The notes under the pieces are model-generated. The model did no database searches and was not told the DNA's origin. It saw only the letters and a list, made by a program, of their open reading frames with translations. Position numbers and translations under genes: made by a program. From Octopus bimaculoides (lineage: Eukaryota), in contig NC_068983.1 of assembly GCF_001194135.2 (NCBI RefSeq), positions 27,733,517 through 27,775,350 of the forward strand: DNA of 41,834 nucleotides, written 5' to 3'. The stretch's first letter is position 1; the number at the start of each line of letters is the position of its first letter. This document shows positions 37,065 through 41,834 of the stretch, piece by piece.

Positions 37065-37642
37065 TAAGATGTCCGTACATATGAATGTATATACATGTGT
37101 ACATATTGCATCTGTGACTTTCCACATTTCAAAGACTAATTTATTCTATGGGAAAATATATGTCCATACATGTAGATACTAGAAGCTAAACTTCCATGGT
37201 TGTTTTACATGCTTCCACAATTTTATTAATGGTTTGTTATTGAAATCTCATTAGCTACGACCTTTCTGGTTTTGTGAATCGCAGATTTTCACGAGTTGAG
37301 CTGATAAGGAAATTACTTACATAGCAAATTGACCCAATAATCACTTATAAATCAAATGTAAAGCTAGAGTCAAGTTGATGCATCTGCAGATTCCCCACTA
37401 GTTTCCCTGAATTGTTTTGTTTCTCTGTCATATTTAATATTATGCCAATATGCGCTAGACTACTGGTTCTTAAAACCATACTTACAAACTTTCCCTGTTA
37501 TGGATCATTATGACTCGTTTCTCCTATTTACAGTTCATGTAAGGTGTGACAGGATTATTTTAACGCTTTTTTGTTATATTGTGGATTAATATGACACATA
37601 AATTTCAGCTATTTTATTTATTCGGAAATAATTTACAGCTTT

Positions 37643-37714
37643 AAGGCGGCGAGCTGGCAGAATCATTAGCTCACCGGACGAAATGCCAGTCGGTTATTTC
37701 AGCTGCCTTTACGC
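37643..37714 (+). mobile_element. Family C SINE head, cut by (TA)n and a gap
   Basis: AAGGCGGCGAGCTGGCAGAATCATTAGC is the sense form of the head seen antisense at 28495-28522. Confidence 0.7.
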
Positions 37715-38689
37715 TATATATATATATATNNNNNNNNNNNNNNNNNNNNNNNNNNNNNNNNNNNNNNNNNNNNNNNNNNNNNNNNNNNNNNNNNNNNNNN
37801 NNNNNNNNNNNNNNNNNNNNNNNNNNNNNNNNNNNNNNNNNNNNNNNNNNNNNNNNNNNNNNNNNNNNNNNNNNNNNNNNNNNNNNNNNNNNNNNNNNNN
37901 NNNNNNNNNNNNNNNNNNNNNNNNNNNTCACTCGGACACACCCAACGTCATTCCCTTCTTTAGTGGTTCTATGTTAACTCTGGAAGAACACAGAATGTCT
38001 AATAAGACCCAAATATATTCATTATTGCCAGCAAAGATGTCAGAGGTAAGACTAACTCACCCACCTGCATATATCCTCGTAGCTATTGATTAATTGAAAT
38101 GTCGGATATTTCATCCCCTCTTTGTTTTTGTTTTTGTTTTTTTGGTCTTTGTACTTGGATTACATTACACTAATGATGTTTCTTTTAAGTATGGGAGTAA
38201 TTTCGCTTGATTAAAAATTATTTCCGGCTCACTGCATTAATTAAGTGAGCCTAAACTTAACTACATGTTACTGACGCAGAGGATACACTTGGGAAATTTC
38301 CCCAATAAATATGTTTGTGCGTGTATGTATGCGTGTGCGTAGGCGCGCGCGCGTGTGTGTATGCATGCGTGTGCCTCTGTGTGTGTGTCTATGTTTTCTT
38401 TGTGAGTGTACTTCCGTGTTTGCTGCGTGCGTGCTGGTTTACCGACGTAGTAACCACAAGCAAGTGAATGCAAAGCACCTCCATCCTTCCAACCATCAAT
38501 CCAGCATTATATCAATCCATTCATCCATTTATCCATCCATCCATATATACATATATGCACGCATACATATCTGAATATATGCATGCATATATGCACACAG
38601 ATTTGCATAATCATTTATATACACACACATATATACATCAACTTGTATTTAGATACATTGGTAGATAAGGTAGATGAATAGGTAGATCG

Positions 38690-38742
38690 ACTGACAGCTG
38701 ATAGACAGACAGACAGCCAAACAAATAAATAAATATGCAGAG

Positions 38743-38777
<35 letters not shown>

Positions 38778-39165
38778 CAAAGACAAAGAGACAAGCAGGC
38801 AGACAGACTGATAGATAGCAAACTAGATAGATAGTTAGATAGATAGATAGGTAGATGGATAGATGGATAGGTAAATAGATAGGTAGGTAGATGGATAGGA
38901 AGGTAGGTAGATAGATAGATAGATAGATAGGTGGGAAGATAGATAGATAGACAGATAGATAGACACAGTCACACAGATAAATAGATAGGTAGATAGAGAG
39001 ATAGGTAGATAGAGAGATAGGCAGATAGATAGATAGATACATGCATAGATAGATAGATAGATGCATAGAGGGTGGAGAAAGGTAAAAGGAGAATGATAGG
39101 CATAAGAGAGAGAAAGAGTGAGAGAGGGAGAAAGGGTGAGATAGAGAGTGAGAGAGAGAGAGGCG
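38690..39165. repeat. Degenerate (GACA/GA/GATA/GGTA)n array
   Basis: Visible low-complexity purine-rich run. Confidence 0.9.
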
Positions 39166-40391
39166 GTGTTAAATAAACGTACTAGCAAAACGAAAGAGAA
39201 TATCGCATCTTCACAAGCCAACACATAAAGTCATTAAACGCAACAAAAGTTTTTCCTGACAAATGATGACGTCAGATTACCAAGACTATTAGAAACGAAG
39301 TCCATCCATCATTTATATTAATGATGTTGATTTATAAATATACACTCCAAAATTAGCCGGGTCAGCAATTAAGTACTTTTCACTGACATCTCTAAATACC
39401 ATAGATTCCACTCAGCTTCATTGTTCACAGTTGATGTGATCGAATGCTTCTAACTGACTGTCTGTTTAAAAATTGCCTTACTTTATATTATACACGCTCA
39501 TTCACTGATTAATGGAAAATTAATTTCATAGTGTAGACTTAGACTGTGAGAAAACTGAACAAGAAGGAGAGAAAGAGAGACAGTGAGACCATAAATAGGA
39601 GAAACTGGTTAACGATCAGTTATTATCTCTGCCTCTCTCTATCTATATCTATCTATCTATCTATCTATTTATCTGGCTATATATATATATATATATATAT
39701 ATATNNNNNNNNNNNNNNNNNNNNNNNNNNNNNNNNNNNNNNNNNNNNNNNNNNNNNNNNNNNNNNNNNNNNNNNNNNNNNNNNNNNNNNNNNNNNNNNN
39801 NNNNNNNNNNNNNNNNNNNNNNNNNNNNNNNNNNNNNNNNNNNNNNNNNNNNNNNNNNNNNNNNNNNNNNNNNNNNNNNNNNNNNNNNNNNNNNNNNNNN
39901 NNNNNNNNNNNNNNNNNNNNNNNNNNNNNNNNNNNNNNNNNNNNNNNNNNNNNNNNNNNNNNNNNNNNNNNNNNNNNNNNNNNNNNNNNNNNNNNNNNNN
40001 NNNNNNNNNNNNNNNNNNNNNNNNNNNNNNNNNNNNNNNNNNNNNNNNNNNNNNNNNNNNNNNNNNNNNNNNNNNNNNNNNNNNNNNNNNNNNNNNNNNN
40101 NNNNNNNNNNNNNNNNNNNNNNNNNNNNNNNNNNNNNNNNNNNNNNNNNNNNNNNNNNNNNNNNNNNNNNNNNNNNNNNNNNNNNNNNNNNNNNNNNNNN
40201 NNNNNNNNNNNNNNNNNNNNNNNNNNNNNNNNNNNNNNNNNNNNNNNNNNNNNNNNNNNNNNNNNNNNNNNNNNNNNNNNNNNNNNNNNNNNNNNNNNNN
40301 NNNNNNNNNNNNNNNNNNNNNNNNNNNNNNNNNNNNNNNNNNNNNNNNNNNNNNNNNNNNNNNNNNNNNNNNNNNNNNNNNNNNNNNNNNN

Positions 40392-40429
<38 letters not shown>

Positions 40430-40448
40430 AGAGAGAGAGAGAGAGCAC

Positions 40449-40484
<36 letters not shown>

Positions 40485-40878
40485 TGTGTGTACAGCCCGA
40501 CAATGGTTTAATTGTCTAGTGCTTATCAAATCTATACCACACTGCTTAAAATAGGCAACATTGTAAGGGTGATAGATTGTATTAAAGGTAACAATACTTG
40601 ACCAGTATAACGGTGGGGAGGTATTTCAACAGACCTACATAGAAATCGTACTTATTATCAGATCATGTTAGAATGGTAAAATGATATTTATTCTATTAAA
40701 GTGCAAATGGTAAAATTCTTGTCCTACAGAACAATTTAAATATTCAGAGGAGGTATGTAGAATTAAGCCATTCTATTGATAATTATTTAGGCCATGCAGG
40801 AAATGTCATTTGACGAGTATTAATTCTAAATATAAGCCGTGTGTAAAAGAAGACATGTTTAGTGAATTATAATAATAA

Positions 40879-41071
40879 TACTGTCTACTAAAGGCTCAAG
40901 GCCTGAAATGTGGGGCCAGGGTTTTAGAACTTATTTAATCCACCCGGAAAATTTTTGGTGGGGGAGGGATTAGTTGATTACAACGACCCAAGAGTTTCGC
41001 TCGTACTTAATTCATCGACCCCCGATGGATGAAAGGCAGAGTCGACATCGGCAGAATTTGAACTCAGAACG
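40879..41071 (-). mobile_element. Family C SINE, 5'-truncated at the B-box
   Basis: AAGGCCTGAAA...TAGTTGATTACA...ATCGACCCCCGATGGATGAAAGGCAGAGTCGAC..GGCAGAATTTGAACTCAGAACG is collinear with 28327-28475. Confidence 0.8.
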
Positions 41072-41647
41072 CCCAGTGGTGATTTGCATGGATATTTGAT
41101 GCTTTAGATGTGATAGCTTGCGGTATTCATTCCATTTATCTTCCTTCTGACTTCTGTTTTTAACTCGAATCCATCCGAAAAATAGAACAAACAGCCATCA
41201 ATTTTCTCAGTCGTTGCAGCAAATTGATAGTCTAAGCAGTAGAAATGCAGCGTTCTTGGTTCGATACGAAAATTGATCCCCTCCTGCATGCATATGTGCT
41301 TTGTGAGAATAATCTGACATGAGAGGGACCGGGTTTTTGTTTTTTCTTCAATTAAATGTTACGCAGTTAACATTAATATTCATATATAATAATGAATCTG
41401 AGTCACAAAATTCATATGTTTGCTCAGAAAAACATCACACGAACCTACACGCAGAGTACTACATTCTCGCACACATACATACATATACATACACACACAC
41501 ACTCACATACACATACAGACACAGGTATAACACAACACACGCATATACATACAGATGAAGCCATAACACTCAAAACACAAATTGGTTGTATACATGCATG
41601 CAATGCATATTGTATGCAATATCCATTCACATAGCTTTATACAATCC

Positions 41648-41653
41648 GTTTTA

Positions 41654-41697
<44 letters not shown>

Positions 41698-41803
41698 TGT
41701 AAATATATAGGCATGTATGTACATACATATATAATTACATATATATATAACATCCTTGTATGTATGTATGTATGTATGTATGTATGTATATATATATCTA
41801 TAC

Positions 41804-41834
<31 letters not shown>
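41648..41834. repeat. (TA)n/(TATG)n microsatellite
   Basis: Visible runs to the end of the window. Confidence 0.95.

Overview
About 41.8 kb of AT-rich, microsatellite-saturated animal genomic DNA with 10 assembly gaps (about 3.9 kb of N). The SINE families present are the ones I associate with octopus, so the source is most likely an Octopus draft scaffold (inference, not a search result). No intact host gene is visible: nearly all ORFs in the track are translated simple repeats or N-runs. The window holds several tRNA-derived SINE families and four transposon coding fossils: a Helitron Rep N-terminus, a near full-length FLYWCH-MULE transposase, a LINE APE endonuclease and an R4/Dong-like RT. 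It also has a palindromic mariner-like MITE. The most interesting signal is a small non-coding element carrying a minimal type I hammerhead ribozyme of the Penelope kind. It occurs in four copies arranged as two divergent pairs. One copy has a tRNA-like Pol III head joined by an (AAT)n spacer, and one inverted pair is bounded by a perfect 12-bp target-site duplication. All alignments and translations were done by eye, so element boundaries are approximate.
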